Positions 30,748 to 32,000 of a stretch of 32,000 bases of DNA are shown one piece after another. This DNA is from Clostridia bacterium (GTDB lineage: Bacteria; Bacillota; Clostridia; UBA1381), in contig JAXJXP010000045.1 in the NCBI GenBank assembly GCA_036307445.1, positions 5,587-37,586 of the forward strand. The letters are read 5' to 3'. A program made the position numbers and the translations under genes. The notes beneath the pieces are model-generated. The model ran no database searches and had not been told where the DNA came from. It saw nothing but the letters and a program-made list of their open reading frames with translations. Numbering within the stretch: the stretch's first letter is position 1; every line of letters begins with the position of its first letter.

Positions 30748-32000
30748 GTGAAAATCACAGAAGAAGAAATCAAAAGAATAAGCTCCCAGACGATTTATCG
30801 CCGTGGCCTTGAATATTTTAAAGAGGGCAGAGTGCATCTTTATGTGCGTGATAATAACGAGCTTGTGTCTGTTGTAGACGGAGAAGAGGTTTATAATGTC
30901 AGCATACATTTGGATGATGAGGGAAAGGTAACGGATTTTCTTTGTACTTGCCCGTATTACACGACAATGGATTGTGCTTGTAAGCACATTGTTGCGACCT
31001 TGAAGGTAAGACAAAAAGAGCTTTTGGATGGTGCGGAGTTTTCGGATGAAAATGACCGTCTGGCAAAAGAGCTTTGCAGTGAGTATGAGAGCGAAGCCCA
31101 CGAGAAAAAGCGTCTTAATTTTGCCTTTACAATGAAAATAAATGAAACACCTAGTGGCGAGGTCAGGTACAGTGTATCTGTTGCTACGGGCGAGGGTGTG
31201 CCCGAAGCTGTTACCGGTGTTGAAAGGTTTTTGTCTGCTTTTGTGGGTGATGGCGAATATAAGCTATCTAAGTTTAAGAGATTTAATCCGGAAGAGTATA
31301 TAGTCTCTGAAAATGACAGAAAAATTCTTGAGGTGCTTGCCGAAAGCTGTCAGAATAAAGAGTCTTCGATATCTTATGTACAAAAGATTTCCTCAACGGA
31401 AATTGGTGCTTTGACTGCAAAAAGACTGATGCCATACCTGATAAATGCACGATGCGATTTCATAATAAACGATATGCGCCTTGATGATATGCAGATACTG
31501 GACGAAAACCCTGATATACAGATTGATGTACGAGCCACCGATAGCAGCGTGTCGGTAACGGTAACAGAAAGCGGTTTTGCAATTGTGCCGGATGGCAGTT
31601 GGTTCTATTTCGAGGGAGATATTTACCACACAGATGAAAACTGGCGGAAAAGCTATATGCCCATATACCGTACGTTAAACGGCGGTACAAGGACACAACT
31701 TGAATTTGCAGGTGAAAACAGAATTGCATTTGCAACATATGCTCTGCCTGCACTTAAAAATCTCAGCGGTGCAATCTTTGACGGTGTTGATGATGTGGTA
31801 GTAAATGAAAAACCTGAGTTTGATATATATTTCGATTGCCCGGGAAGAGCTGTGACAGCCGTTGTTATGGCAAAATACGGTAATATTAACATCAGAATGC
31901 CGCAGGCGCAGACATCACATTCGGAAAAGATTGTATTAAGGGACCCTGTAAGAGAAAATGAAGTGTTAAAGCATTTTGCAGCATTCAGGCTTTTGGACGG
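30748..32000 (+). CDS. SWIM zinc-finger protein, N-terminal 417 aa of a large protein (probably SNF2-family helicase of the YwqA type); 3' end outside the window
   Basis: Absent from the ORF track because it has no stop in the window. I translated frame 1 from the GTG at 30748 (GGGGAGG SD 7 nt upstream) to base 32000 and found no stop. SWIM CxCxnCxH is at 30943-30987 (CTCPYYTTMDCACKH). The long region after it resembles the SNF2-helicase-associated N-terminal domain. No helicase motifs are visible yet. Confidence 0.6.
   Translation, partial: MKITEEEIKRISSQTIYRRGLEYFKEGRVHLYVRDNNELVSVVDGEEVYNVSIHLDDEGKVTDFLCTCPYYTTMDCACKHIVATLKVRQKELLDGAEFSDENDRLAKELCSEYESEAHEKKRLNFAFTMKINETPSGEVRYSVSVATGEGVPEAVTGVERFLSAFVGDGEYKLSKFKRFNPEEYIVSENDRKILEVLAESCQNKESSISYVQKISSTEIGALTAKRLMPYLINARCDFIINDMRLDDMQILDENPDIQIDVRATDSSVSVTVTESGFAIVPDGSWFYFEGDIYHTDENWRKSYMPIYRTLNGGTRTQLEFAGENRIAFATYALPALKNLSGAIFDGVDDVVVNEKPEFDIYFDCPGRAVTAVVMAKYGNINIRMPQAQTSHSEKIVLRDPVRENEVLKHFAAFRLLD

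Noticed and set aside
1-32000. Mobile elements, prophage, CRISPR arrays, tRNA or rRNA genes, toxin-antitoxin pairs or a defence island anywhere in the window.
   Set aside because: No transposase, integrase or recombinase-like ORFs and no terminal inverted repeats or direct-repeat arrays were found. No intergenic region is long enough or structured like a tRNA or rRNA. Intergenic spaces are short and accounted for by promoters and terminators. Composition looks uniform by eye.

Overview
This is a 32-kb chromosomal segment from a low-GC Gram-positive anaerobe. Gene content and synteny look like Clostridia, possibly Oscillospiraceae/Ruminococcus-like, but the taxon is inference only. Almost all of it is tightly packed housekeeping DNA. 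In order: the 3' part of leuS, an ABC exporter, proA with a small secreted stalk-domain gene, a small PQ-loop membrane protein, and carA-carB. Next come the ylxM-ffh-rpsP-KH-rimM-trmD operon followed by a ROK glucokinase, a SpoVB/YabM-like flippase, aroA-mazG, hup, an S4-domain protein, gap, yajC, mecA and dusB. After three small unknown ORFs there is a metal-homeostasis block: a DtxR-family regulator, copA, and a divergent feoA-feoB-Cys-rich small ORF. The window ends with an SNF-family Na+ symporter and the 5' part of a SWIM-finger/SNF2-associated-type gene that runs off the edge. By eye I found no rRNA, tRNA, CRISPR array, transposase, integrase, prophage or obvious defence island, so I cannot point to a clear new multi-gene system. 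The observations most worth follow-up are listed here. (1) CarA has lost all three glutaminase triad residues while CarB looks intact, which suggests an ammonia-dependent CPS. (2) The carAB leader has a consensus promoter, a 24-codon uORF ending Arg-Arg-stop, and an overlapping strong intrinsic terminator. (3) A GTTAG-N6-CTAA palindrome occurs three times in the feoAB control regions, next to a DtxR-family regulator. (4) CopA carries a C-terminal HMA domain with its own in-frame SD+ATG. (5) The copA terminator overlaps a consensus promoter and the SD of the regulator gene. (6) A translationally coupled trio of small ORFs of unknown function shares a DxxK[LI]K repeat. (7) A Cys-rich small ORF after feoB is missing from the ORF track. 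Several ORF-track starts are upstream artefacts, and I re-set them to SD-preceded ATGs.
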